This document shows, one piece after another, positions 25,387 through 37,473 of a DNA stretch of 63,876 bases (positions are counted from its first letter, which is position 1; every line of letters begins with the position of its first letter). This stretch comes from Glycera tridactyla. Taxonomy: Eukaryota. The notes below the pieces were generated by a model that saw only the letters and a list, made by a program, of their open reading frames with translations, was not told the DNA's origin and made no database searches. The position numbers were made by a program, and so were the translations under genes. The DNA lies in contig OZ286464.1 of the NCBI GenBank assembly GCA_965644265.1, forward strand, positions 51,460,125 through 51,524,000, read 5' to 3'.

Positions 25387-26962
25387 TATACATATATATA
25401 TGTATTCTACATGGTTGAAATATCTATCCCCTGGTGAATCTGGTCAGGAATCTGGTGGGGCAGTCTCAGTTGGCGCATTAACACACCCTCATAAGGCTCT
25501 TTGATGGGTTCAGTGGGTACAAGGAGTGGGAATTCCCCATTTATGGTATGGCACCCAACCCCATTTCATGGATGTCAGTGCAGTTCAGTGACTGAACACC
25601 AGAAGGATTCAGTCATTAGCACCCCTGTCTCTCATCAGATGTCACTCTATCTATGTAGTTCATTTGTTCGCCACAAGATGTCTCCAATAGTTTTAGTGCA
25701 TTATTCTTAATTTCTAAACCAAATTTGGCATTGTCTCAACAATGGTTTCACAGACACTCTAGATTTTATGACGACTTGATTATGGTGAGAAGTAATGAGA
25801 AGGAATTGAGCCCCTCGCCATGAAAGATACATGAGAAACTGTTGGATAGCACACAATGAAGACTCTCTAAAGCACTTGAATTAGACAAAGATGCTTCTAT
25901 CCCTCAGAGATAAGAGCACAAGATAGTAATCAGCGATATTTCATTGGTCCAAACAATTACTGATCTCAATGGAAATGATTAAAATAACTGTGTCCCTTTC
26001 AAAGTTCAAATTCAACCCTTTTTACATATTTCACAAGATACCTGTATTACAAAAAGACGCATTCACCATTGCATGAAAAACAGCTCAATATTTGTCTCCG
26101 AGTGTATAGCTCAAGAAGCCAACCTTATTTCTGAGCATTTACCACCTCGGGAAAAATTGAGGTATCACAGTAGATCTGATGATATCGACAGTTTGCACAT
26201 GTATTTTTGTACTTCATGTACTTTTTCTGGGTCATTCGGTTCATTTCAATCAATCATCATATATATCCATGATTGGCCCCGTGCATCATCAGGCCAGGTT
26301 CATGTTTACTTCCGATAAATCATCAAGAAAATACTCAGGTCTCATTACATAAAGTGCTTGCTTGAGATAGGTTTGCCTGAGGCAGGGGTGACTGTGTGAG
26401 TACTGGATACAGATACTTCAGGATTTTTCTTACTTTAACATCACAGGTTGAATCGCATCAAAATGGAGTTATCATGCATAGGTCATTTGTGCCCATTTTA
26501 ACCTGTGTTGAAACTCATATACAGAGAATTAGCCAAGAGATCTCATACTCTCCACAGAATGTATGTTTACAGAGGCATCATAAAATGCATGCAAGATTGA
26601 GGGGTAAAGCTATTTTACCACATGTATGACCTATATTCAGTGTATTTCTTAACATCCCTTAACAGACAGAGCTGTTATTACATCACCTCAGCTCACCCTT
26701 TCAATCCTGACACAAGTTATAGGGAAAGAAATCTAATGAAGAACATCAAAATTGGCTGCTGAAGCAAATCTATTGTTCAAATTCGGTATTGGATTTGTTG
26801 TTGGTGTTGGAGTTGGTGGTGGCAGTGGTGATAGCATGAAGGTTATGGGTGTCTCTGCATCCATGGCCCTTCAGAAAATAACTGCCTAAACACATGAAGT
26901 GTCAAATCATTTGGATTGGTTGCTCACAAATTGTCTTAAACTTGATCTTGAGGTTGGTGCTA

Positions 26963-27060
26963 CAGTGAAACCTGTGGAGAGTAGCTGTACAAGTCGTCAA
27001 TAAAGGTGGTCTCTTGTCAGAGGAATATTTCATTGTCATATATGGAAAAGCCATCCAAAG
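26963..27060. mobile_element. Family-A MITE left fragment
   Basis: TA-CAGTGAAACCTGTG; GGTGGTCTCTTGTCAGAGG core. Confidence 0.6.
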
Positions 27061-27073
27061 AAAGCAGCCCAAC

Positions 27074-27213
27074 TATGCAGGTGCAGTCACATAGGATCTC
27101 AAAGTCTGCATAGGAGCTCTAAGTCTGTATAGGAGCTCTAAGTCTGTATAGGAGCTCTAAGTCTGTACAGGAGCTCTAAGTCTGTATATATGCAGGTGCA
27201 GTCACATAGGATC
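27074..27213. repeat. 19-bp minisatellite (x~4.5) bracketed by a 25-bp direct repeat
   Basis: (AAGTCTGTATAGGAGCTCT)n at ~27102-27188; TATGCAGGTGCAGTCACATAGGATC at 27074-27098 and 27189-27213. Confidence 0.9.
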
Positions 27214-27769
27214 ATTCACATTCACATTTATTTCTCTTCAATCTAAAGAATATATGCTTCCCAGAAATAGGTCCTGTGGTATTCATCCACCTTCAAATTC
27301 AGGGAAACACCAAAAGAAATATCAACTATTATGCTCTTTGAATGAGTCAACATTTCCATGACATACATCAACAAAGATTTGTTGTTCATCCCGGACCAGA
27401 GTTGCATGGCATTCCCAAACTCTCTCAGTGAATACATCTTAAGACATTAATCTTTACCAAGCTACTGTGATATAGTAGAGAGTGACCTTTCTTCTGCAAG
27501 CCTTCTTGGTCTAGTCTCTCATATACTTGATCTAACACTCAGAAAACACACTTTTCCTCTCAATAAAGACATATTTTGTGTTCTGAATGGTGATCTTTTG
27601 CACAGATTCGCCATTTAAGCTCACAATGATTCAATGAGGTCAATTATTAGCATGGTTATAGGAGGCCAAGTCGCAGATGGGCAGCTGATCCAATATGGTG
27701 GACAGTGAACAAACTGAGCATGTTTATTGCGAATGATATCAATGTGTCTATTTGCACATAGACACTATA

Positions 27770-28060
27770 TAGTTTTTTTCATGTAGTACCTTTCGAACCT
27801 CCAATGAACGACCACCTGTCTTGAATGACCACTTTTTTTCATGCATTCTAAGGTGGTCACTCGTGACAGGTATTATGGTATACAGTCGAACCTCCTCTAA
27901 AGACCACCTCTCTATAAAGACCACCTCCCTATAAAGACCACACTGAACTGCCACCAAGGTAGTATTTTCTACAGTAAATGACCTCTATATAAAGACCACC
28001 TCCCTATAAAGGTCACTTTTTGGTGCGACCGAAGGCAGTCCTTAAAGGGAGGTTCGACTG
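27770..28060. mobile_element. MITE remnant directly abutting an intact 178-bp family-B MITE (27883-28060)
   Basis: TA-CAGTCGAACCTCC ... GGAGGTTCGACTG-TA perfect 13-bp TIR. Confidence 0.9.
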
Positions 28061-28354
28061 TATTCTGAACAGGGAAGGTGATGAAATTCTCCAGCATGAA
28101 GGGCTCCTCCCATATCCTTGGGATGACCACCACCATGCTGGACAATATTGTTATATCCATGAGAGATGATGGTCGCTCTACTGAATATTGGCAAATTCCA
28201 CTTCGTTTGATGTCTACTCCATTACTACCATATAACATTGTCAGTGAATGTAGGCCCAAATTTATCTTTTATCCACCATATTCCTCATACCATACCTGCG
28301 ATGGTTTGATAATTTAAAGATTTCCAAGATGAATGTGCGTGTGAAAGCACATGA

Positions 28355-28442
28355 GATATATGGTCAGGTCAGATCAGATCAGAACTTACTAGGCCAGGTC
28401 AGGTCATGTTGGGTCGGGTCGGGTCAGGCTAGGTCAGGTCAA
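28355..28442. repeat. Degenerate (GGTCA/GATCA/GGTCG)n pentanucleotide repeat
   Basis: Directly visible. Confidence 0.8.
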
Positions 28443-28649
28443 GGAAAGGTACATTATATGTAATTTATATGCAAATGAAGACCAACTGGGCAGTTTGAAG
28501 TAAAATAGTCCCTCCATGTGTACCTGATTCTGCCTGAAGCAATTGCCTCAATAACAAAACAGAAATATATCTCTAAGCCAGACAACAATTTCTTCTTGTA
28601 TATCAGAATCCCGATACAGGGATCATTTAGCTAATATGTCCCTTTCAGC

Positions 28650-29650
28650 CAACTTGGCAGCTCAATGAACTTCTCTATTCCCTCACAAATATGTATACCT
28701 GCTTCAATCGTAACTTTCTTCACTGATAATGTCCTCAGAACAAGAGCGGTCATCACTAGTGGTCATTTTTCACTTCATACAAAATATAACTTAAATTGAA
28801 TGTTCATTCAATATATATTTCAGTTGAATGAAAAGGGCGTTCAGTGCCTGAGAATAGATTGTTGAAGGAGATATTGGTCATTCATCTGGGACCCACAAAC
28901 TATTCAGTATTGGTGTGATTTCCCAAAAACAAAAATGAATGCAGAAATCTCCGTTTTGCTAATCGAGTGGTCAGGTGGCTTTCTTGGTATTGCACTGAAG
29001 TTTGCACATAATTGTACAGCTGTAATCCCATCAAGTCAGTCATAAATCTTTCTATTTCCATTGTGTTTTTCTTTCTGTCTCTGTGTTATTTCGCTGGTAT
29101 TGCTGTGAAACGTGCTCATTCTTCCCACCACCTTTGCCCTTTCTCACAGCCACTCTGTTGCTGTCATTGGTGACATTCTATCACTTCCTGTACAAAACCA
29201 GGAGTGGGTGTCACCCATCTTTCCCTATGTCTCAGTCCAAAATACTGAATAAACCAGTGAATTCACATCTTCCATACTATTAAACTTCCCACTGATTCAA
29301 CTTTCCATTTGCTTTGATGTATTCAGAGGTGGAATTTGCATTTTGTGCTTGCTTTCATGGGTGATATGCACAATGAATAATGGCAACTCCATTTCCTGCT
29401 TTTCCCATGAATGTGCGTTTTTTCATGGATGCATCAGATGACTTCTGCCATTTCAAAACTCATCTGATGGATTAAATTCACCCGCCCATTTCTTCACTGT
29501 GGAACATTCACTCAGTATGTATGGGGTTGAATATAATTCCATCCCACGATTAATCATCAAAGCCAAACATCATTAATTTCTGTACCTCATTTTCACAAAT
29601 AGGGCAGTCTATGCTGAAATTTCCAGCTGATGAAAAGTTATGGCCGACAC
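28650..29650 (-). pseudogene. Mariner transposase relic
   Basis: Minus strand encodes STVKKWAGEF (29503-29474; mariner HTH-region STVKKWAAEF motif) and RWV (29220-29212; WVPxxL linker) in the expected order; many stops. Confidence 0.5.
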
Positions 29651-29840
29651 TCATAGGTATTCACCATCTGATGCAGAGATAGTCCTAGAGGCAAGTCATT
29701 TTGCTGATAAGGCCCATTTACTAGTCTTACAAGTGCCTTCAGCAAAATGTGTGTGCCAAAGAAGTGCAGGTATTGTCGAGCATTGGAAAGCAAGATTTTC
29801 TTTCAGTGAACTTTCTGTGATCAGTGAGGCATGTGAGATA

Positions 29841-30215
29841 CAGTTGAACCTGCTCTTGAGACCTATTTGTGTGAATACAGTCGAACCTGCTCTAAAGACC
29901 ACCTCTCTATAAAGACCACCTTCCTATAAAGACCACCCTGAGCTGCGACCGTGGTAGTATTTTCAACAGTGAATGACCTCTATAAAGACCACCTCCCTAT
30001 AAAGACCGCTTTTTGATGCGACCGAAGGTGGTCTTTATAACGAGGTTTGACTGTACTTTGTTACAACAGAGATACAAATTTTACCTGCCTACAAAAGCCA
30101 CCCTCACCAGTGATCGCTATTCAGTATTTCCTACAGTGAACAAAATGCCTACAGATGCACCAAATGCACCACTTTCTATGCTACCATGTGCAGTTCTCTC
30201 AGATAGATTCAACTG
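29841..30215. mobile_element. Nested MITEs: young family-B copy (29878-30053) inside an older MITE
   Basis: Outer TA-CAGTTGAA ... TTCAACTG-TA; inner TA-CAGTCGAACCT ... AGGTTTGACTG-TA. Confidence 0.8.
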
Positions 30216-30526
30216 TACAAATATATCCTTACAATCACCTACACCGTGATGGTTTATTCACATAAAACTGATGATATATTATGGGATTGCCTATTTGCCG
30301 ATCTTCTCTTTCTGACCCATGTTCAGTTCCAATATCCAAACACTGGAAAATCTAAATTCTTCAAACCTGATATGATAGGCAGAGCCATAGAAAAACCAAA
30401 GCATTGGGTGGTCCCATTCCTGAAGGCTTTGTCAGTTTGATTCAATTGTGGAAGATGGATGGAAAAAAATGATTGTCACCAGTGGTAAGCTATCTGGGAC
30501 AGTCTTCCTCCCTATATTCAACTCAC

Positions 30527-30557
30527 CTGGAGGGTACAGACCCTCCAGCTTTAAGAT
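30527..30557 (-). other. Candidate 31-nt micro-exon (host gene unknown)
   Basis: Minus strand reads ttttttatctctcccccag|ATCTTAAAGCTGGAGGGTCTGTACCCTCCAG|gtgagt, with near-consensus acceptor and donor; two frames are open. Confidence 0.45.
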
Positions 30558-33434
30558 CTGGGGGAGAGATAAAAAATTCTACATGATGTCCCTCATGCAG
30601 ACTCAGGGACAGAGCATCTAGCTTTCATTGTCCAGGAGCACATGGCATACATAATCTTCTCAGTTGATACAAGATATTGAACTTAACAAAACCAAACTTG
30701 TTCAAACTGGTTTCTTAAAATGTACATAATTATATTGTACCAAATCAAATGTCATAATATTTTGTATGGCAAAGTTCAGATACCCTCTTCTAACTAAAGG
30801 TGGCAAAAACTGGAGAACATTATCATTCTCTGATACACAATAGACGAATCTTTATTTATACAGGTGTGGAACAGTGGTAAATACAAAATGACATACATAT
30901 CTCAAATTCAAGTGATCAGACCTGGGTCTGGTATGCTGCTACAACCTGTATCCTTTATGTCCACTGTGTCATTAAAGATACAGATATAGATAGTTCTAAT
31001 AAATTCATGCATAAGAATTGCTTTCTTATGTGATATAATTTGGAGGGGGGGGGGGGGGTCATGTCACTTTCTGCTATATTAAACCAAGGCATGCAATGCA
31101 ATAAACCGAAGAATTTGATACTGTTGAAGATGGACAAGGGAAGCTGCCATGGATAGAAAAGTACCGGTATAAACTCAATTTACTAAAAGCAGATCCAGTC
31201 CAAGTCTCAATTCATTATACAGAAGATACGTTCAGAGGATTGACATAAAACAGTTATTCTAAGTAGCCTCTATCAGGGCTAGCTTATAACAGGCTAAGAG
31301 AGAAACTGCATTAACTACATCTTCATAATGACCATCCCTTCCCTCAAAAGGATTTTCTTCAATTCATTTCACAGGACTAGTCTCACCGAGATCACTGTAT
31401 GATTCAGACAATCCCTTCATGGCCTGGTGCAGAGTAAATGTTGAAAATAGCATCTTTAGCAACCCAGAAGTAACATTTGCCATCACCCATCCCCCCCCCC
31501 CCCCCCCCCGGCACTCAAGTATAACAGTGCTCACTCAAATTTGGAAGAACAGTTGAACCTTGGAAAACCGAAAAGTGGTGGCTTAAGACAGGTGGTTGCT
31601 CAATACAGGTTGTTTATAATAAAAATACTCTTGTGGGAAATCTGAAAGTGGCAGGTAATTGCTGAATATAGTGGTTGCTTGATGAAGGTTCTACATTATA
31701 TATTGAGCTTGACAATAACATGACAGATAATTGTACTCCCTGCAAACCCTGTATAACTGCTTTTCAAAATTGAGAAGTAGACAGTCATCCAATCAATTAA
31801 CCAGAGACGTATGACTGTGACTGGGAGGAATGGAGATAAAATATTTATCAGAACAAAGCTGGAGAACAGATGTGAAGGCAGTTGAGCAGTGCAACCCTGT
31901 GGGAAAATCTGATAACAAATTGAAATTAAAATCCGTGAAGTTTAAATTCATCATACACATCCATGGGTAATCCAAATCAGAGTAGATAGATGACAAAATT
32001 CTCCAATTACATGTTAGAATTCCTCTGACTCATGCAGTGTATCTTATAAATCCTTCAGTTCATGGTCACATTATCTCACATGTGTGCAGGATAGCGCAAA
32101 AGTGAGATGTTTGCTTTCCCTGAATTGGAAGCGGAGGACTGCGATGAAGACGCCGATGACACCGGCGACTGCGGTAGATGAGCCCATCGTCGTATCTCAC
32201 GGCATGCTCCACATGACACTCGTCTACTGCTAACCAATCCTCACCCAACAGGGGGCACTATACATTACCTTCACAATACAACAAGTCACCCTTTTTTTCC
32301 CTCATTGATTCAACCTTTTGTCCCATGCAGTATCTCAGTAGCACTGCAACACTTTGTTTCTGAATACTTTGAACAACATTCATTCTATCTTACTCAGTTC
32401 AATCTGAACCAAATAAAACTGAGAATCCATCAAGAGACTTGATCTGTATATGACTTCTTCATCAATTCACAATTGAAATGAATTGATGCTCAACTGGTAA
32501 ATGAGTATATCAACATGTGGATTCATTCCAGAATAGGAAGTACCAGCCAACCCACTTTTCACAAATTTGGGAACATCCAAATTCTATTGACAGTCGGCTG
32601 AACAAATTGCCATAAGGGGGAATGGAAAACTGGTATCATGATGCTAAGGGATTCACTGAGGTTTTTGAGGACAAGAACGTGGTGAAAGTTTCTCATCCTG
32701 AACATGAGATCACATATCATTTGTGTCAACTATTGTGAAAATTAATACTTCGAAATGGCCCTTTCATTGTTCATTGTTCATTGAACTGAACACTAGGCAT
32801 AAACATGTCAATGTCAGTGCTACTTGCTGATGTGACAATGCTAAAATTTCAATCCCATTTCATTTTTATGTTATCAAAGCTATTTCAATTTCTTTTACAT
32901 CTCCAATTTCTCATCCCTGTATTTCAATGTTCCTGACCATACTTCAAGATATATCACACAAAATTAGATGCAAAACAAGGGTGAAAAGTAACTGGTGAAG
33001 GAAGAACGGGAGTTGTTTTGGCTTGGGGAGACATTCTCAAGTGGTTAAATCAGTGGATATTTCCACCACATTCTATAGCAAGCGATCTGGATCAGTCCCA
33101 ACAATGGCTCACACAGCATTTCACACATAAAAGGGAACATGTGAGGAGAGGCGGTACAATGTCATCCAGCACTCGTCTGAAATAGTGGACACTTGTGTGT
33201 GTGAGTCGAGCACTCCTCCAGTTTCCAACTTGTAACCCTCGAGACCTCTTGCTGCTCCTTGTCCATACACCATTCAATCTCTCCCACGCCCACAGCCTAC
33301 ACACAACAATTTAAATTCAACAGGGGACCAAGTCACCCATGGCCATCAAATTTGGGGATGATCTGGAGAAAAAATTACAGGATGCCTTAGTTGACTCGTA
33401 AGATATTATGGAATGTGTGACAGAAAGGAAAGAG

Positions 33435-33600
33435 TGAAGCCTGTGACAAGAAACTGCCCTGAATGTCACCGAAGATGGTCTCTCATCAGAGGTGGTCTCT
33501 CATCTGAAGTATATATGCATGTCAAAAGGAAGCTGAGATGAGAAAGTGATCTCCTATTGGAGGTGATCCCTGTTGGGGGTCACTCATCGCAGCTTCCGTT
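33435..33600. mobile_element. Family-A MITE (old)
   Basis: GAGTGAAGCCTGTGAC start; TGTCACC..GGTCTCTCATCAGAGGTGGTCTCTCATC core. Confidence 0.7.
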
Positions 33601-34015
33601 GTGTGGTGACACAGTTATTTCATTGGATAGCTGCGCTAAAAGAATAGAATGAAACTATGTTTCCGAAACACCAACACCATGTATATATATTACTTTGTTC
33701 TGCATAGCTCAGGGCATAAGACATCTTGCTCCTTCACAAGCTAAGTGGTGGGTACTATGCTGGAGATCCAGTATCAAATCCACAAGAAATTGTATGATTT
33801 CACAGATTGTGATTCTTACATTTCATTCTAACCCATTCAGACTGTGTGAAATTAAAAAGTAAGTGCTCGAGTGACAAGATCTTTGGGACATAATCTTGTA
33901 TGTTGCCAAATGATAGAAGCTAACAATTAGATCCCCCTTCCATATCAAGCCTCTGACGTCTTCAACCAAAAAATACCAAGATGCAGTTGAGAAAGGGTTA
34001 TCAGATTTAGTAATG

Positions 34016-35877
34016 AACAAGGCCACAGAGGGGCAATATACCCCGCACACGGGAGCATAGTGGGTAACCCATATCGCACACTGGAGCACAGTGGGTAACC
34101 CATATCGGAAAAGGTCATTGAGATGTTTGGTTGGCTATGCAATAAGTCACTGGATCACTGTGTAGAATAAGAAAATCTAATACATATGTAGTAGCACCTA
34201 AAACATTCACCTTGACCTATGACTTAGGGTCACATGCATTGTAAGGGAGATGTTGTAACATTGCTTGATCGTCCCAGATCAGTTTGATCTTCATCCAACA
34301 ATGCTATCCTGAGTTATTGTGTGGGATGCGGAAATTTAAAAATAGCTCCTATGGCCTTGACCTTTGACGCAGGGTCACATGCATCCAATGGGAGATATCT
34401 CACCATTGGGTCTTTACGTTGTGAAACTTCGGTGCATATCGATCAATGCAAGCTTGAGCTGGAGTGTGAAATGAGAAAATTTATGAATAGTTCCTGTGAC
34501 CTTGACCTTTGACCTAGGATCAAATGCATCGTGAAGGAGGTGGCCTACCATTAGGTCATTACTTTGTGTAAGATTGGTGCATATCCATCAGAGCTCTCTT
34601 GAGTTAGAGTGCAAATGGGAGAATATATAAATAGCTCCTGTGACCTTGACCTTTGACCTGGGGTCACATGCATCGAAAGGGAGGTGGCCTACCATTAGGT
34701 CATTACTTTGTGTAAGATTGGTGCATATCCATCAAAGCTCGCTTGAGTTAGAGTGTAAAATGAGGAGATCTATAAATAGCTCCTGTGACCTTGACCTTTG
34801 ACCTAGGGTCACACGCATCAAAAGAAATGTGGCCTACCATTAGGTTATTACTTTGCGTGAGTTTTGTGCTGTCCATTGAGGGTAACTTGAGTTAGAGTGT
34901 AAAATAAGAAAATTTATAAATAGCTCCTGTGACCTTGACCTTTGACCTGGGGTCACATGCATCGAAAGGGTGGTAGCCTACCATGAGGTCATTACTTTGT
35001 GTAAGTTTGGTGCATATCCATCGAAGCTCGCTTGAGTTAGAGTGTAAAATGGGGAAATCTATAAATAGCTCCTGTGACCTTGACCTTCGACCTGGGGGCA
35101 CATGCATCGGAAGGGAGGTGGCCTACCATCAGGTCATTACTTTGTGTTAGTTTGGTGCATATCCATTGAAGCTTGCTTGAGTTAGAGTGTAAAATGGGAA
35201 AATCTATAAATAGCTCCTGTGACCTTGACCTTTGACCTAGGGTCACATGCATCGAAAGGGAGGTGGACTACCATGAGGTCATTACTTTGTGTAAGTTTGG
35301 TGCTTATCCATCTAAGCGCGCTTGAGTTAGAGTGTAAAATGGGGAAATCTATAAATAGCTCCTGTGACCTTGACCTTCGACCTGGGGGCACATGCATCGA
35401 AAGGGAGGTGGCCTACCATCAGGTCATTACTTTGTGTTAGTTTGGTGCATATCCATTGAAGCTTGCTTGAGTTAGAGTGTAAAATGGGAAAATCTATAAA
35501 TAGCTCCTGTGACCTTGACCTTTGACCTAGGGTCACACGCATCGAAAGGGAGGTGGCCCAACATTAGGTTATTACTTTGTGTAAGTTTGATGCATATCCA
35601 TTCAGGCTAACTTGAGTTAGAGTGTAAAATAAGAAAATCTATAAATAGCTCCTGTGACCTTGACCTTTGACCTTTGGGTACGAAAATCAAATTCTCGAAT
35701 ACGATTTTTTCATAGATCACAGTTATGAAGTTTTATGAAAATTGGACCAGCCAATTCAAAGTTATTGCATGAAATGTGAGCGGACGGACGGACGGACGGA
35801 CGTACGTACGTACGTACATACGGACGCCGGAGGTGAAACTATAATACACCGCTTTTTTCAAAAGCGGGGTATAAAAA
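34016..35877 (-). mobile_element. DINE-1-like Helentron-associated element (HINE) carrying a 145-bp satellite
   Basis: Minus-strand 5' end TTTTTATACCCCGCTTTT-GAA-AAAAGCGGTGTAT hairpin followed by (GTAC)n/(GTCC)n at 35781-35826; perfect 10-bp subterminal IR TATACCCCGC (34037-34046 vs 35864-35873); AACAAG end at 34016. Confidence 0.85.
34190..35670. repeat. 144-145-bp tandem array, about 10 units
   Basis: ATAAATAGCTCCTGTGACCTTGACC anchor at 34483, 34627, 34772, 34916, 35061, 35206, 35351, 35496 and 35641, with more diverged units at ~34338 and ~34193. Confidence 0.97.
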
Positions 35878-36944
35878 TATACTTATGATAATTCCAATTA
35901 GGCTCCATTTCCTGTCTACAGCTGCCTGTCAGGAGACCGAGTCAACTCGTATCAGAGGTGGCGGATTTATTTTCTAGATGTCTTCACACCCTGCACCAGA
36001 TAGTCCCACTGTAACCAATTGTGCTTGATGACAAAACCCTGAAATGAATCATCACCTTCTTCAAATACACCCAGTTCATAAATCACCACGGAAATTACTC
36101 AAGTCTCTATCATCATAGTGGAGTTAATGACTTTGGCCTGAAGGACTTATGAAAGGACTGTGCTTGTGAGGGCAATATTTCAACCTGGGAGATCTGTCGG
36201 ACATGTAACTGGTGTACACTTAATAGTCAGCTAGTTTACGCTCCTCCACCTCGCCTGACAACACATTACGTAGATGACTATCTGGTGAGCTACATCATTA
36301 TAATCATCATCATTCATGCTCATATATCTCCAGCAAAATGAAGACACTTCACAATCAAACCATTAAGTCCACGCATGAACCATAAAATGTGATGTAAAGC
36401 TGGTGTCTGGCATGTGTATATAAAGTTGAACCCATCTACACAGACCACACTTGGGTGCATGAAAATGGTCTTGAAAAAGAGATGCATTTGTGAAGAGGTT
36501 ATTCAATTTTGCCAATGGCTATCTGGTTAACTGATCATACAGCAGAGCATCAAAACTGGCCAGTGCTGGTGGTACTGGTGGTGCTGGTGGTGTTGGCGGC
36601 GGGAACGGTAATAGCAGTGGATATGGTAGTTTCATGGTTATCTTGGCAAAGAGATTGTAAAAGTCTGATAGGATAACCACTACAATCTCATAAAGAATGA
36701 GTCTGTAATCATGAAAAGTGGGAAGCCATTGTACAGTGAAGAAAGTCTTGAATGCTGCATTGTTGAAATAATACATAATTCCAAGAGTCCTGCCAGGAGG
36801 AACAAGTGTACGGCATCAGCCATCTTGTGCTTAATTTTTTTTTAATTTTTCCAAGTTACAGAACCCTCAAGTCACACCCACCTCCAACCATGGTGACCCA
36901 TGTGGTGCCGAGAGGATGCTAAACAATACTCAATCAATCAAAAT

Positions 36945-37058
36945 TTTCAGGGCAGCTTTTCTATTTGACATAGTGAAATATGCTTCCAACGAGAGACCAC
37001 CTCTTTTGAGACTCTTTTTGGTGACATTTAGAATGGTCTCTGGTAGAAGGTTTCACTG
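36945..37058. mobile_element. Family-A MITE half
   Basis: CAGGGCAGCTTT..TATTTGACATAGT..GAGAGACCACCT core (reverse orientation); ends AGGTTTCACTG-TA. Confidence 0.75.
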
Positions 37059-37339
37059 TATCACCTCGTGCAGCCTGAAAATGAGAAGCGATAAAGTGTC
37101 ACTTCCAACCGGATGAGGACAGGAACACAATGAGAATCAGCCATGCATTGAGGAGATAAAGAAGACAAAAATTGGTGTGTTGGATGTCACTGCTCCATAG
37201 AATAGACTGGAAACAACTACTCAGGTGCAGGACGGGCATTATATAGCTAGGAATATCAGATGTTCATTCTGCATTTGAAAATCTATCTAATATCAGTTCT
37301 GGTCCTGATATAGTGACAGACCCAATAAATGGATAGCAG

Positions 37340-37473
37340 NNNNNNNNNNNNNNNNNNNNNNNNNNNNNNNNNNNNNNNNNNNNNNNNNNNNNNNNNNNNN
37401 NNNNNNNNNNNNNNNNNNNNNNNNNNNNNNNNNNNNNNNNNNNNNNNNNNNNNNNNNNNNNNNNNNNNNNNNN
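37340..37473. other. Assembly gap (N-run)
   Basis: 134 N. Confidence 1.

Noticed and set aside
27883-28060. GGTTCGA/TCGAACC as tRNA T-loops or tRNA genes
   Set aside because: These are the TIRs of family-B MITEs; no cloverleaf. I found no supportable tRNA or rRNA gene in the window.
34892-35542. Four near-identical 71-aa ORFs at 145-bp spacing as a peptide gene cluster
   Set aside because: They are by-products of the 145-bp tandem unit inside a HINE; no splice, promoter or homology support.
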